NCBI GenBank assembly: GCA_043801965.1
Contig: JAZDLN010000028.1
Span: forward strand, 22,288-86,287
Origin: Candidatus Falkowbacteria bacterium
GTDB lineage: Bacteria > Patescibacteriota > Patescibacteriia > Patescibacteriales > UBA12075
DNA: 64,000 nt
Direction of reading: 5' to 3'
Shown: piece by piece, positions 52,459 to 62,857 of the stretch
Layout of the letters: the number at the start of each line of letters is the position of its first letter
How positions within the stretch are numbered: position 1 is the stretch's first letter
The notes under the pieces: generated by a model
Database searches by the model: none
Seen by the model: only the letters and a program-made list of their open reading frames with translations
What the model was told of the DNA's origin: nothing
Position numbers and translations under genes: made by a program

Positions 52459-53691
52459 TTATTGACGTTTGAATGACCGCAGGGTCTTAAGTACCGTCCG
52501 GAGATCTTTTTCGGTGTGTGCCGCCGAGACCTGGAAGCGGATCTCTTCCTCTCCTTTCGGTACCACCGGATAAACGATCGGCGAGGCCAGAACACCGTGT
52601 TTAAAAAGATGGTTACTTATGCCGCGGGCCAGTTCCGTATCGCGCGTAAGAAGCGGAACGACCGGGTGTTCGCCCTCAAGGGTTTCGAACCCAGCGTCTT
52701 TAAGGCCCTCACGAAAGAGCCGGGTTTTTTCCCGCAATCCGGCCAGAAGTTCACGGCCCGAATGGCTATCGACTAAATCGATCGCGGCCAAAGCGGCCGC
52801 CGCTTCCCCCGGGCTTATGGGATTCGAAAAAATATACGTCGGCGCCGTATTGCGCAGGTATTCGATAACCTCTTCGGAAGCGGCCGCGTATCCGCCGTTA
52901 ACGCCGAAGGCTTTGCCGAGCGTGCCGATAAGAATATCGGCGCGGGCGCCGGTATGTTCTTCCGTTCCCCGGCCGGTTTTACCGAAAGCGCCGACGCCGT
53001 GGGAATCGTCCATGACGGTAATTACGCCTTCCGAAAAACAGGTCCCGTATTCCTCGCTTATGAATTTTATTTTCGCCAGAGGGGCACAGTCGCCGCGCAT
53101 GCTGAATATGCCGTCAGTGACAATTATCACGCGCTTGACCCTCGGTTGCTCTACGGCATCGTTTAATATTTTTTCAAGGTCAGCGGTATTGTTGTGCGGG
53201 TATATCATCTTGCCGAGCGGACGGGCCAGGCGCATGGCGTTTATTATGCAGTTATGGTTAAGCTCATCGCTTATGATCAGGGTGCTTTCGGTGATAAGCT
53301 GGGACAGAACTCCCAGGCTGGTGCTGTAAGCGGACCCCATGACGATCGCCGCGTCCCGGTCGTGAAAATCGGCCAACCGGTTTTCGAGGTCGACGTGCGG
53401 TTTGTACGTGCCGCTTATGAACCGGACCGCTCCGGGTCCGACGCCGAACTTCCGGCAAGCGGTTTCCTCGCCGCGAATGAGTTCATGGCGTAAACCCAAT
53501 CCTAAGTAGGAATTTGAATTCATGCAGATGAACCCCTTGCTTCCGGCGCCGTAAAGATAAAAACGCGGACCTCTGTCTTTAGAGGGCTTTTTGACGGCCG
53601 TGATCACTCGTTCCGACGGCTTTTTGCGGCCCTGGGATTCAAGATTACGGATCTCTTCCGCTAACGCGCGGTTCAGTTTCGTGAGGGGCAT
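52459..53691 (-). CDS. kbl: 2-amino-3-ketobutyrate CoA ligase (glycine C-acetyltransferase)
   Basis: Alpha-oxoamine synthase fold with the PLP lysine context GTLGKAFGVNGGY and DDSHGVG. Abuts the tdh gene with no gap, which favours kbl over bioF. Confidence 0.8.
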   Translation of the reverse strand: MPLTKLNRALAEEIRNLESQGRKKPSERVITAVKKPSKDRGPRFYLYGAGSKGFICMNSNSYLGLGLRHELIRGEETACRKFGVGPGAVRFISGTYKPHVDLENRLADFHDRDAAIVMGSAYSTSLGVLSQLITESTLIISDELNHNCIINAMRLARPLGKMIYPHNNTADLEKILNDAVEQPRVKRVIIVTDGIFSMRGDCAPLAKIKFISEEYGTCFSEGVITVMDDSHGVGAFGKTGRGTEEHTGARADILIGTLGKAFGVNGGYAAASEEVIEYLRNTAPTYIFSNPISPGEAAAALAAIDLVDSHSGRELLAGLREKTRLFREGLKDAGFETLEGEHPVVPLLTRDTELARGISNHLFKHGVLASPIVYPVVPKGEEEIRFQVSAAHTEKDLRTVLKTLRSFKRQ

Positions 53692-54627
53692 TTAGTTTCC
53701 TCCGTTTACCGGTTTATTTTTTACGATCGATACCATATCGGCGACCATGGTCGCGAAATCATAACGCGGCCGCCAGCACCAATCCAGGCGGGCGCGGCTG
53801 TCATCGATGGTTTCCGGCCAGCTGTCGGCGATCTTTTGCCGGCTATCCGGCTTGTAAGCGATTCGGAATTCCGGAATATGTTTTTTTATGGCCCGGGCCA
53901 GCTCTTCGGGGGTGAAGCTAAAGGCGGCCAGGTTATAGGCGTTTTTAAAACGCAGTTTTCTTTTCGGCGCGCTCATCAGCTGAACGGTTGCTCTGATTGC
54001 GTCCGGCATATACATCATCGGCAGTCTCGTGTTTTTTTTAAGAAAACAGGTATAATGACCGGTTTTAACCGCCTGATAGAAAATATCCACGGCGTAATCG
54101 GTCGTGCCGCCTCCGGGCTCCGTTGCGCTGGAAATAAGTCCGGGATAACGGATACCCCGGATATCAAGGCCGTATTTCGCGACATAGTAGTCGCAGAGCA
54201 TTTCTCCCCACGCCTTGGTCATGCCGTAAATCGTGTCGGGACGGGTGGCTGATTCCTGAGGCGCCGGTATTACGGGCAGGCCGGGGCTGAAAACCGCTAT
54301 GGAGCTGGGCACGAATACCCGGCAGCGCGATTTGCGGGCGGCTTCCAGGATATTATAAAGCCCGTTATTGTTTACGTTTATGGCCGTTTCCGGATCGTTT
54401 TCCGCCTTAGCCGACAGGATGGCCGCCAGGTGATAAATAATGCCGATATCGCGCTCCGCCACCAGATATCTGACGGCATCGCGATCAAGGCAGTCCAGGG
54501 AGAGGCAGCCGGAATATTTTTTGATGTCGGTGGCGACGATATTATGCCGGCCGTATATCTCTACCAAGAATGACACTAATTCCGATCCGATCTGCCCGGC
54601 CGCTCCGGTTATGAGTATTTTCTTCAT
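53692..54627 (-). CDS. tdh: L-threonine 3-dehydrogenase, extended-SDR (GalE-like) type
   Basis: ILITGAAGQIGSEL Rossmann motif and YGMTKAWGE (YxxxK). About 311 aa, and paired with kbl as in known SDR-type TDH operons. Confidence 0.75.
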   Translation of the reverse strand: MKKILITGAAGQIGSELVSFLVEIYGRHNIVATDIKKYSGCLSLDCLDRDAVRYLVAERDIGIIYHLAAILSAKAENDPETAINVNNNGLYNILEAARKSRCRVFVPSSIAVFSPGLPVIPAPQESATRPDTIYGMTKAWGEMLCDYYVAKYGLDIRGIRYPGLISSATEPGGGTTDYAVDIFYQAVKTGHYTCFLKKNTRLPMMYMPDAIRATVQLMSAPKRKLRFKNAYNLAAFSFTPEELARAIKKHIPEFRIAYKPDSRQKIADSWPETIDDSRARLDWCWRPRYDFATMVADMVSIVKNKPVNGGN

Positions 54628-54789
54628 TTTTTGCCTCTTTCCGTTCTGGCCAAAATTTTATTTTAAAGAGCCGTCGTGTACGCTATTATTCTCCAATATA
54701 AGTTTATTTATGTCAAGGCGTTTTGTAAAACGCCTTAGCCGGCATAGTTAAAAAAAATTCACCTGAAAAAGGTGAATATTGATGTTTTT

Positions 54790-56031
54790 TTATTTTTTCG
54801 TGAAAATGAGCGGCTGCGAATACGGCGCGATATCGGAGCGCAGATGGCGCGATACGACCGATCCTTCCGTCGATTTTCCCCTGATATCGATCGAAAGCTC
54901 GGTACCGGCGGCGAGGCGGCTTTCGATATAAGCGAGGCAGATCGGACGCAGGCGGTGTTCGCCGGTCGGTAGGGGGGGTTCGCCGGCAAAAACCGGATAG
55001 GGGATCATCGAGCCGCTCGTAACGTAGCCGACGCACCTGCCGTCTTTGAAGATCCGGCACCCCGGCCTGGCTATGCCGCGGCCGGTAATCGCTATCGCTT
55101 TGATGAGGCGGGGAAGATCCGTTACGTCCCCGGGTTCGTTCCGGCGGATTTTTTCCAGGGCCAGGGCCTGCTTTTTCAGGGCAGCTTCTCCGCGGAAATT
55201 TTCCCTGCCGGTGAAAATGACGGCCGGTTTCGCGGCCGGGCAGGCGAGGATGGGAATTTCCCGGTTTTCCGGATCAATACCAAACTCGTGGCCGTATAAG
55301 GGCAGTCCGGCCTCAAGGCGGAGCGTATCCCGGGCGCCTAAACCGATCGGCATGGCTCCCCCGGTTATGAGCCTGTCCCAGAATTCCCAGGCGTCGTTAT
55401 TTTCGACGAAGAGCTCAAAGCATACCGGTTCTCCGGTATAGCCCGTGGAAGCTATCATGACCTCAGTGCCGTTAAAAAGCGCCGTACTTACAAGATTGCG
55501 CGCCGGTCCCGGCAATTTCCCGGTAATGATCCCGGAGAGGATGTCGGCCGATCGCGGCCCTTGCAGCGCCAGCATCGCCAGATCGGAAGTACGATCGATC
55601 AGTTCCGCTCCCGGGAATTTTTTTAAGATCGCGCGGAGGGTTTTAAGATCTTTCAGGCGGTTGGAAGCGTTGACCACCAAGAGGTATTCGTTCCTTTTAA
55701 AGCGGTAAAGGAAAGCGTCGTCGATGGCGCCGCCCTTTTGATTCGGGATGAGCGTGTACTGCGCTCCGGTTTTTTCCGGATCAAGGCGGGACGCGTCGTT
55801 CGTTAGGGCGTATCGCAGGAAAGGCAGGGCTTCGGGCCCCCGGATAATGAAGCGTCCCATATGCGAAACGTCGAAAAGTCCCGCGCCCGTGCGCGTGCCC
55901 ATGTGTTCGGCTATGATCCCTTTGGCGTAATTAAGCGGCATGTCCCAGCCGCCGAATTCGACCATATTGGCCTTAAGGGCAAGATGTTTTTGATGGAAAA
56001 TAGTCCGTCGTAGTTTTTGGCCCATTGTCAT
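54790..56031 (-). CDS. gcvT: Glycine cleavage system T protein (aminomethyltransferase)
   Basis: HQKHLALKANMVEFGGWDMPLNYAKGIIAEHMGTRTGAGLFDVSHMGRF is the GcvT N-terminal signature. Confidence 0.88.
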   Translation of the reverse strand: MTMGQKLRRTIFHQKHLALKANMVEFGGWDMPLNYAKGIIAEHMGTRTGAGLFDVSHMGRFIIRGPEALPFLRYALTNDASRLDPEKTGAQYTLIPNQKGGAIDDAFLYRFKRNEYLLVVNASNRLKDLKTLRAILKKFPGAELIDRTSDLAMLALQGPRSADILSGIITGKLPGPARNLVSTALFNGTEVMIASTGYTGEPVCFELFVENNDAWEFWDRLITGGAMPIGLGARDTLRLEAGLPLYGHEFGIDPENREIPILACPAAKPAVIFTGRENFRGEAALKKQALALEKIRRNEPGDVTDLPRLIKAIAITGRGIARPGCRIFKDGRCVGYVTSGSMIPYPVFAGEPPLPTGEHRLRPICLAYIESRLAAGTELSIDIRGKSTEGSVVSRHLRSDIAPYSQPLIFTKK

Positions 56032-56179
56032 TCTTCCTTTTGCCGTTTAGATTGATGAATTTTAAAAAAACTTTCCGGTAAGATATTACCATTTTCTTTT
56101 CCGGCCGGTCAATGGTATTTGGCAAATCGCGAATAAAAAATCACCGCGAGCGGTGATTATGGTTTAAAATGTTTTTTGA

Positions 56180-57292
56180 TCAGATGATATTTTCGATCCG
56201 TTCGCAAGGCAGATTAAAGGCCTCCGCCACGCCCGCGAAGGTGATATGACCTTCGATCACGTTGGCGCCCAGGGCGATCTCCCGGTTTTCGGACATGGCC
56301 TTTTTCCAGCCCTTGTTCGCGATTTTAACCGCGTAAGGCAAAGTGGCGTTGGTTAAGGCCAAAGTCGATGTCCTGGCGACCCCTCCGGGCATGTTGGCCA
56401 CGCAATAGTGGATTATGCCGTCAACTTCGTAAACCGGATCGGCGTGCGTCGTCGGGTGGGAGGTTTCGAAGCAACCCCCTTGATCGATCGCCACGTCAAC
56501 GAGGACCGAGCCTTTTTTCATGGTTTTAAGCATGTCGCGCGTTACGAGCTTCGGGGCTTTGGCGCCGGGGATAAGGACGGCTCCGATGACCGCATCGGCC
56601 CTCATGACCAGTCGGCGGATGCTTTCGGGGGTGGAGAAGACCGTAAAGCAGTTCGGCGGCATCACGTCGCTTAAATAGCGCAGACGGGCGGGATTTAAGT
56701 CCAGGATATAGACCTGGGCGCCCAGACCGCAAGCCATCTTGGCCGCGTTTATTCCGACGGTACCGCCCCCGATAACGACGACCGTACCCGGCTCTACTCC
56801 CGGCACTCCGCCCAAAAGGACGCCGCTTCCTCCCTGCGCCATTTCGAGGTACTTGGCGGCTTCCTGGACGGCCATCCGGCCGGCGACCTCGCTCATGGGC
56901 TCCAGAAGCGGCAGAGAACCGTCGGCTTTTTGGATCGTTTCATAGGCGATATTGACGGATCCGCTTTTTATGAGAGCCAGAGTCAGGTCTTTTTCCGCGG
57001 CCAGATGCAGATAGGTAAAGACGATCTGTCCGGGGCGTATGAGCCCGTATTCCGAAGGCTGGGGCTCCTTGACGTGCATAACCATGTCGGAGAGGGCGAA
57101 GATCTCTTTCGGGGTGTCGATGATCTTGGCGCCGGCCTTGGCGTATGAATCATCCTCGAAACCGCTTTTTAAACCGGCTTCTTTCTCTACGTAGATCGTA
57201 TGGCCGTTTTTAGCCATGATTTCGACGCCGGCTGGCGTCATGGAGACCCTGTTTTCGTTTTTCTTGATTTCTTTCAAAATCCCGACTTTCAT
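56180..57292 (-). CDS. ald: Alanine dehydrogenase
   Basis: MKVGILKEIKKNENRVSMTPAGV start and the VVVIGGGTVGINAAKMACGLGAQVYILD NAD fold. Confidence 0.92.
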   Translation of the reverse strand: MKVGILKEIKKNENRVSMTPAGVEIMAKNGHTIYVEKEAGLKSGFEDDSYAKAGAKIIDTPKEIFALSDMVMHVKEPQPSEYGLIRPGQIVFTYLHLAAEKDLTLALIKSGSVNIAYETIQKADGSLPLLEPMSEVAGRMAVQEAAKYLEMAQGGSGVLLGGVPGVEPGTVVVIGGGTVGINAAKMACGLGAQVYILDLNPARLRYLSDVMPPNCFTVFSTPESIRRLVMRADAVIGAVLIPGAKAPKLVTRDMLKTMKKGSVLVDVAIDQGGCFETSHPTTHADPVYEVDGIIHYCVANMPGGVARTSTLALTNATLPYAVKIANKGWKKAMSENREIALGANVIEGHITFAGVAEAFNLPCERIENII

Positions 57293-57482
57293 TTTCCGAT
57301 CCTTTCCGTTAGGCGATATGTTGATTTAAAAGTACGTTTATTTTTAAATTCCGATATCATCTTATGGGTTTTTCCGCTAAAAGTCAATATGGCCGAAGCA
57401 AATGGCTTGGGCCGTCCGGCCGCATTTTAACTTAAATTTAATTTATATTTCATAATATGATTACATGTATTAACCTGAGCTT

Positions 57483-57863
57483 ATGGAGAAAAAAACGCAT
57501 CTAGTCATTACCGCCCTGCTTGTGGGCGCCTTTATATTGGCCGCGGTGTTTTATTTATCCGCTGCGGCTCCCCCGGAAGAGGATCCGGAGGCATTAGCCG
57601 CCTGCCTCAAGGAGCAAGGCGCGGTATTTTATGGAGCCTTCTGGTGCTCCCATTGCCAGGCGCAAAAGAAAGCCTTCGGCGGGGCCGCGGATAGCCTCCC
57701 GTATGTCGAGTGTTCCACGCCGGACGGCCAAGGCCGGACGGACGCGTGCCGGGAGAAGAATATTACCGCTTATCCCACCTGGGAATTCGCCGACGGCAGC
57801 CGCTTATCCGGCGAATTAGACATGGAAACGCTGGCAAAGAAAACCGGCTGCGGTTTGCCTTAG
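57483..57863 (+). CDS. Membrane-anchored thioredoxin-fold thiol-disulfide oxidoreductase (CSHC)
   Basis: N-terminal TM. GAVFYGAFWCSHCQAQKKAFG resembles the Trx-like partner domains of VKOR/DsbB systems. Confidence 0.7.
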   Translation: MEKKTHLVITALLVGAFILAAVFYLSAAAPPEEDPEALAACLKEQGAVFYGAFWCSHCQAQKKAFGGAADSLPYVECSTPDGQGRTDACREKNITAYPTWEFADGSRLSGELDMETLAKKTGCGLP

Positions 57864-57937
57864 TCGTCTTTGATCATGAAGTTTATCCCGTGAGCATAAA
57901 CAACTCTGTCTTTATCTAAAAAATAAACCCACCGATT

Positions 57938-58480
57938 ATGATAAACGTTATTAATTCCGCCTTGGCCGCCCTGACCGTTTTTGGACAGGCGCTTTTGGTG
58001 GCGGGCTTGATTTATCTTTTTCTCAGCCGCGGACGGAAAGACGAAAATTTCCGGCGCGTACTCGGGTCTTATTTCCCGGTCTTGGGCTTAGCCGTCGTTC
58101 TGGCCGCGACCGCGGGCAGTCTTTATTATTCGGAAATAGCCGGTTATAACCCCTGCAAGCTGTGCTGGTACCAGCGGATATTCATGTATCCTCTGGTCCC
58201 GATATTCGGCCTGGCTCTGTTTAAAAAAGACCGGCGAACCGCCGATTACGTTCTGGCTTTGGCGGCAATCGGCGCCCTGATCTCCCTCTACCACAATTAT
58301 ATCTATTATTTCGGAAGCGCCGCGAACGCGTGTTCCGCCGTCGGTCCGGACGAATCCTGCGTACGGCGTTTTATCGTGGCTTTCGGCTACGTTTCGATAC
58401 CGCTCGAGGCCCTGACCGCGTTCGCGCTGATCATCGCCCTGGCGCTGGCCGGGCAAAGATATCGGCCCGATGGTAAATAA
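57938..58480 (+). CDS. DsbB/BdbC-family disulfide bond formation protein
   Basis: Four TM helices. NPCKLCWYQRIFMYP (first CxxC) and a second Cys pair in the later loop (CSAVGPDESC). Confidence 0.8.
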   Translation: MINVINSALAALTVFGQALLVAGLIYLFLSRGRKDENFRRVLGSYFPVLGLAVVLAATAGSLYYSEIAGYNPCKLCWYQRIFMYPLVPIFGLALFKKDRRTADYVLALAAIGALISLYHNYIYYFGSAANACSAVGPDESCVRRFIVAFGYVSIPLEALTAFALIIALALAGQRYRPDGK

Positions 58481-58593
58481 ATCCCCTAAAGCCGCGCCGT
58501 TTTCGGTATGGTTGACAAAGACGGCTTTTTCGCGTAATATGGCCTAAAAGGGGATTGGATTTTTATCGATATTTATAAATCAAAGGAGGCGAC

Positions 58594-59232
58594 ATGCTTG
58601 ATCTTTATCTGATCCGGCACGGAGAGTGCGTGGCTAATACCCAAGCCGACCGGATAGGCGGACAAACGAACGAAAGCCCCTTAACGCCTTTAGGGGAAGC
58701 GCAGGCCGTGTATCTGGGCAGGCGATTGGCCCGTAATAGAATTAGATTCGATCTGGTGTTCTCTTCGAGCGCCGCCAGGGCGATCGCCACGGCCGGAATC
58801 GTCTGCCCGTACGCGGTTTTTCCGCTGGAAAAGATCATAATCTGCCCCGATCTTCTTGAGCTTAATCAGGGAGACTGGCAAGGTAAAAAAAGATCAGATA
58901 CTTATACCGTCGAATGCCTGAAAGACATGAATCTGCTTCATCCGGATTTTGCCGCGCCCAACGGGGAGTCGCAGCGGATAGTCGAGCATCGGATGTTCCG
59001 GTGGTTACACGAATTCAATCTCCCGGCAACCGGTCTTAAAAAAAAGACGACCACAGCCGCGGTTTTCGGCCATGGCATGGCCTTTAAATGTTTCCTGCGC
59101 GGAATTCTCAATTCCAGTCCGGTCATGACTTTTAAGTTCGATATCGATAACACGTCGGTCACGAGGCTGACGTTCGGACGGGAAGGCTGGCGGGTCAAAA
59201 CGATCAACGATACCGCCCATCTGCGGTCATAA
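58594..59232 (+). CDS. Histidine phosphatase (phosphoglycerate mutase-like) family protein
   Basis: LYLIRHGEC (RHG motif) and a later FGHGM histidine. Confidence 0.75.
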   Translation: MLDLYLIRHGECVANTQADRIGGQTNESPLTPLGEAQAVYLGRRLARNRIRFDLVFSSSAARAIATAGIVCPYAVFPLEKIIICPDLLELNQGDWQGKKRSDTYTVECLKDMNLLHPDFAAPNGESQRIVEHRMFRWLHEFNLPATGLKKKTTTAAVFGHGMAFKCFLRGILNSSPVMTFKFDIDNTSVTRLTFGREGWRVKTINDTAHLRS

Positions 59233-59313
59233 GAGATTGTTTATAAAAAATCGAACCCTGTAAAAACAGGGTTTTTTCGTGCCGTAAAAAATACCGGGTT
59301 TATCCCGGTATTC

Positions 59314-59823
59314 TTATGCTATTTTGATTATTTTATATTCCACGGCTTTATCTTTTAGCCATACCCTGGCCGTTTCGCCGACGCGCCGGCCCAGGAGGGC
59401 GAGTCCCAAAGGGGAATTGCGCGAAATTATCCCGCCCGATGGGTCGGTTTCGGAAGAGCCCAGTATCCGGTAGCTTTTCTCCCGGCCGTTCACGCTGACC
59501 GTAACGAGCGAACCTAAAACCGCTTTGTCCGGGTTTTTAGGGACTTCTATGATAACCGCCCGCTTAAGGTGGTCTTCGATCTCGTCAATGCGTCGGTTAA
59601 GGCCGCGAAGCCTGCCCTTAGCCATGCTGTAAGCGTGGTTTTCGGAAAAATCGCCGTCAGCGGCCAGACGTTTTACCTCGGCGGCCGCGTAAGGCCGTTT
59701 CGCTTTGAGTCTTTCAAGCTCAGCCGAAAGACCACGGAATTTATCCGGTGTCATGTGCGGATCAGGTTTTATCCCGGCGTATTGCCCGGGTTTGCGAATA
59801 GGCGTTTGCATGTGCTTAATCAA
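59314..59823 (-). CDS. greA: Transcription elongation factor GreA
   Basis: Coiled-coil LERLKAKRPYAAAEVKRLAADGDFSENHAYSMAK (the acidic DxxE finger context) and a C-terminal FKBP-like domain. Confidence 0.88.
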   Translation of the reverse strand: MIKHMQTPIRKPGQYAGIKPDPHMTPDKFRGLSAELERLKAKRPYAAAEVKRLAADGDFSENHAYSMAKGRLRGLNRRIDEIEDHLKRAVIIEVPKNPDKAVLGSLVTVSVNGREKSYRILGSSETDPSGGIISRNSPLGLALLGRRVGETARVWLKDKAVEYKIIKIA

Positions 59824-60388
59824 CCCTTATTTTTAATATGGCGGCATTTTTCAGGTTGGGAAGGTAAAGCGATTTCCTCCATCCTAGGTTTTGGGCGGCG
59901 CCGATGATCATTTTGCCGATATCGCCGTGCGTAACCAACAGTATATTCCGTCCCTGGTATTTTTCGTCAATGGATTTTAAAAATTTTTCGGCTCGTCGGT
60001 AGGTCCGGGGGAAAGTCTCGCAGCCGGGCGCGTTCAGGAAATAGGTTATATCGCCGATTTGTACGGTTCGGCGGGCGTATATAATTATATCTTTTTTTGA
60101 TTTTCCGGTCAAAACGCCGAAATCCCTTTCAATGAGAGCGTCTTCTCTATGGATTTCGCTTTTGATTTTTTCGGCAATGATACGGGCGGTTTGTCCGCAT
60201 CTTTGCAAGGGCGAGGTCAGAATAAGGTTTATCCCGATTCCAAGCAGGCTGGCCGCCGCTTCTTTCGCTTGCTTAGTCCCCCTTAGCGAAAGCCGGGTGT
60301 TTTTGCGACCGTTTAAGATATTTTTTTTATTGTCATTGTCTTCGCCGTGCCGGATTACGTATAGACGTTTTAAGTGGTTTGGTTTCAT
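59816..60388 (-). CDS. Histidine phosphatase family protein (second paralog)
   Basis: LYVIRHGED (RHG) and LVTHGD. 8-nt overlap with greA. Confidence 0.75.
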   Translation of the reverse strand: MKPNHLKRLYVIRHGEDNDNKKNILNGRKNTRLSLRGTKQAKEAAASLLGIGINLILTSPLQRCGQTARIIAEKIKSEIHREDALIERDFGVLTGKSKKDIIIYARRTVQIGDITYFLNAPGCETFPRTYRRAEKFLKSIDEKYQGRNILLVTHGDIGKMIIGAAQNLGWRKSLYLPNLKNAAILKIRVD

Positions 60389-60490
60389 ATTGACATAATA
60401 TTTCTTTCATGATATATTAATTTTAATATTAGCACGTTTTATTTTAAAAGAAAACAAAAATAATTTTTAACCAAAAGGGGAGTAAGGCCC

Positions 60491-60952
60491 ATGGAAACTG
60501 CCGAAAAGAGAGAGTGGTACGGCCAGGCCCCGCCTTTGCCGGATGACGACGAATTAAAATGCCTTAAAATCGGTTTCTGTTTTTTGAAGCCCGACGCTTA
60601 TGAACGCGGTTTATTCAGGAATATCGTCAGAATGATCAAAGGCAGGCTTAAGATCAAAGCAGCCAGAAGATTTATTTTCCGTCCGGAAAAAGTTTTTTTC
60701 ATGTATCCCGGACTCCATTATCCTGACTGGGCGCGGAACCTGCTTACTTACCTTACGGGCGGATCGTGTCTGGCTATCGTCGTATCCGGTCCGGATTGTT
60801 TGCGGGTACTACAGGAAATAAAAGAGGCCGTCAGGGAAAGATACGTTAACGATCAGATCGTTAACCTGCTGCATGTATCCGATTCGGAAACGGACGCGGT
60901 CAGGGAAGCCCTGATTATTTTCAAAAAAGAAGAGTTGCTGAAGTGCAATTAA
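60491..60952 (+). CDS. Nucleoside-diphosphate-kinase-like protein (divergent)
   Basis: FCFLKPDAYERGL and NLLHVSDSETDAVREALIIF correspond to the NDK KPD and NxxHGSDS motifs. The rest is divergent. Confidence 0.55.
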   Translation: METAEKREWYGQAPPLPDDDELKCLKIGFCFLKPDAYERGLFRNIVRMIKGRLKIKAARRFIFRPEKVFFMYPGLHYPDWARNLLTYLTGGSCLAIVVSGPDCLRVLQEIKEAVRERYVNDQIVNLLHVSDSETDAVREALIIFKKEELLKCN

Positions 60953-60985
60953 GGGACGGTTATATAACCGTCCTTCTTCGTAAAT

Positions 60986-62371
60986 ATGGCTGATTTATCA
61001 TATATTATTTTTATTTCTTTCGCGGCAATATCCTTGTATTGGTATTATCGTCTGTGCGTTTCCGCCTCCTGGCTCAGGAAAAACCGGAGTGCCGGGGATG
61101 TTAACAGAAGCGGCCGGATTTATATCATAATTCCAGTACTGGATGAAGTTAAAAGGATCGGGAAAACGGTTTCTTATTTTTTGGATACCTTCGGCGGCTT
61201 ATCCGGTCTGACCATGGTTTTAGTGTCCACGGAAAGAGAGTATGACGTCATAGACCACAAGACGAAAATATTCGCCGAGACCATTGATAAAAATGATCCC
61301 GATCGCGATCGGAAACTGGCCGACTTCGCCGACAGTATCGATACCGTCAAGGCTATCGCAAAAATCAGCGACTCCAGGATCATGCGATACCATTACGCCC
61401 GCCGCAACGGCAAGATGGCGCACCAGCTTAATCATGCCATTCGCGCGATCATCAAAGAGAATCCCGAAGAGGACGCGATATTCGCCGTTTATAACGCCGA
61501 TTCGCGGCCCCATCCCGAAACCGTCGGCTGGGTAATGGGGGAAAGAGCCAGGAGCGGGGCCTCTATTTTCCAGCAATACGGGAACTATTGTAAGAACATC
61601 GATAATTTCCGCGGCTGGGCCGGATACGTGTTAACCGCGGCCGCTTTATGGCAAACCCGATGGAGTCTTGGTTTTGAAATATACAATGCTCTTAAGCAGT
61701 TGAAATATGCCGGACGGAAAAAATCCCTATTTTATCCCTTGAATTACTGCATAGGCCATGGTTTGTTTTTTACGAAAGAGATATACGAAGAACTCGGAGG
61801 TTTTTCGGAGGACACGTATAACGAAGACGCGATTTGGGGCCTTAAGGCAAGTTTTAAGGGGAGGCTGATCATGCCGGTTCCATATTTTGACGCCTCGGAT
61901 ACTCCCGATACCGTTAAAAGTCTTTTTTACCAGAAGACCGGATGGTTTTTCGGCCCATTCGAGGCTTTCGGTTATTACCGCAAGATAAAAGCCGAATGGT
62001 CGCTGGTAGGCCCGGATAAATTACGGCTGCTGTTCCTTTCGGCCAAGCTGTTCTCCCACGCGGTTTTTTGGATAGCCGGTCCGTCCTGCTTTTTATTGTC
62101 ACTTATCCTCGCGATCTTATCCGGTCAAACGGCTTTATGGCTGCTTTTTTTCGCGGAAATCATACTTTTCCTGTCTGTGCCTAATATTTTTGTCTGGCTT
62201 ATCATGGGGCAGAAGCGCAAAAAAACCGATAACCTGGTTATCGGTTTTTCGCTCGGTATGCTGGTTTGTTATTTTATGCACGGAGCATCGGCCTACAGGT
62301 CGGTGATTAAATCGATATTTTACGGAGTCAGAGGACGGATTATGGAAAAAGGGAAAACGGAAATGCTTTAA
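60986..62371 (+). CDS. Membrane glycosyltransferase family 2 (processive type)
   Basis: [24 protein letters not shown] and WQTRWSLG (QxxRW) motifs, flanked by N- and C-terminal TM helices. Confidence 0.75.
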   Translation: MADLSYIIFISFAAISLYWYYRLCVSASWLRKNRSAGDVNRSGRIYIIIPVLDEVKRIGKTVSYFLDTFGGLSGLTMVLVSTEREYDVIDHKTKIFAETIDKNDPDRDRKLADFADSIDTVKAIAKISDSRIMRYHYARRNGKMAHQLNHAIRAIIKENPEEDAIFAVYNADSRPHPETVGWVMGERARSGASIFQQYGNYCKNIDNFRGWAGYVLTAAALWQTRWSLGFEIYNALKQLKYAGRKKSLFYPLNYCIGHGLFFTKEIYEELGGFSEDTYNEDAIWGLKASFKGRLIMPVPYFDASDTPDTVKSLFYQKTGWFFGPFEAFGYYRKIKAEWSLVGPDKLRLLFLSAKLFSHAVFWIAGPSCFLLSLILAILSGQTALWLLFFAEIILFLSVPNIFVWLIMGQKRKKTDNLVIGFSLGMLVCYFMHGASAYRSVIKSIFYGVRGRIMEKGKTEML

Positions 62372-62793
62372 AACTTAAGGATGTTGTGCTTTTTAGAAGA
62401 AAGCAGGTCGAAACAAGCCTGCAGATAATCCACCTTTTCATATTTTCCGGAATCTTCGAGGCTGATCCAGGCATAATCATCATGTTCTTCCGGATTGAGT
62501 TTAATCTCGCCCCCCGAAGACTGCGCCAGAAAAACGAAAGTGAAGAATTGTTTGTTTTTCTTCTGGTCTACGTTGGACTTGTGAAAAAAAAGGTTTAAGT
62601 TTCCGGTGTCTATGCCAGATTCTTCCTTGGCCTCCCGAGCCGCTCCGGCCGCCGGGTCCTCCCCGTCTTCGAGCGTCCCGCCCGGAATATCCCAGAGTCC
62701 CGGCAGGTAATCATTGGCCGCCGAGCGCCTTATGATCAATACCTTTTTCTCCTCATTGAAAATAAGGGCATGCACTATTAATCCTTTGTCCAT
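62368..62793 (-). CDS. NUDIX hydrolase
   Basis: Nudix box [24 protein letters not shown] (GX5EX7REUXEEXGU). Confidence 0.88.
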   Translation of the reverse strand: MDKGLIVHALIFNEEKKVLIIRRSAANDYLPGLWDIPGGTLEDGEDPAAGAAREAKEESGIDTGNLNLFFHKSNVDQKKNKQFFTFVFLAQSSGGEIKLNPEEHDDYAWISLEDSGKYEKVDYLQACFDLLSSKKHNILKF

Positions 62794-62857
62794 AATTTGA
62801 TGCGTTAATAATTAATATGTTTTAATCATACCAGATTAAGCCGGGCGGGACAATATT

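Noticed and set aside
56032-56179. Glycine riboswitch upstream of gcvT
   Set aside because: The reverse complement shows only a promoter-like TTGACC-18-TAATAT, the ald terminator hairpin and an SD. None of the conserved glycine-aptamer GGAGAG/CACCG-type blocks is visible.
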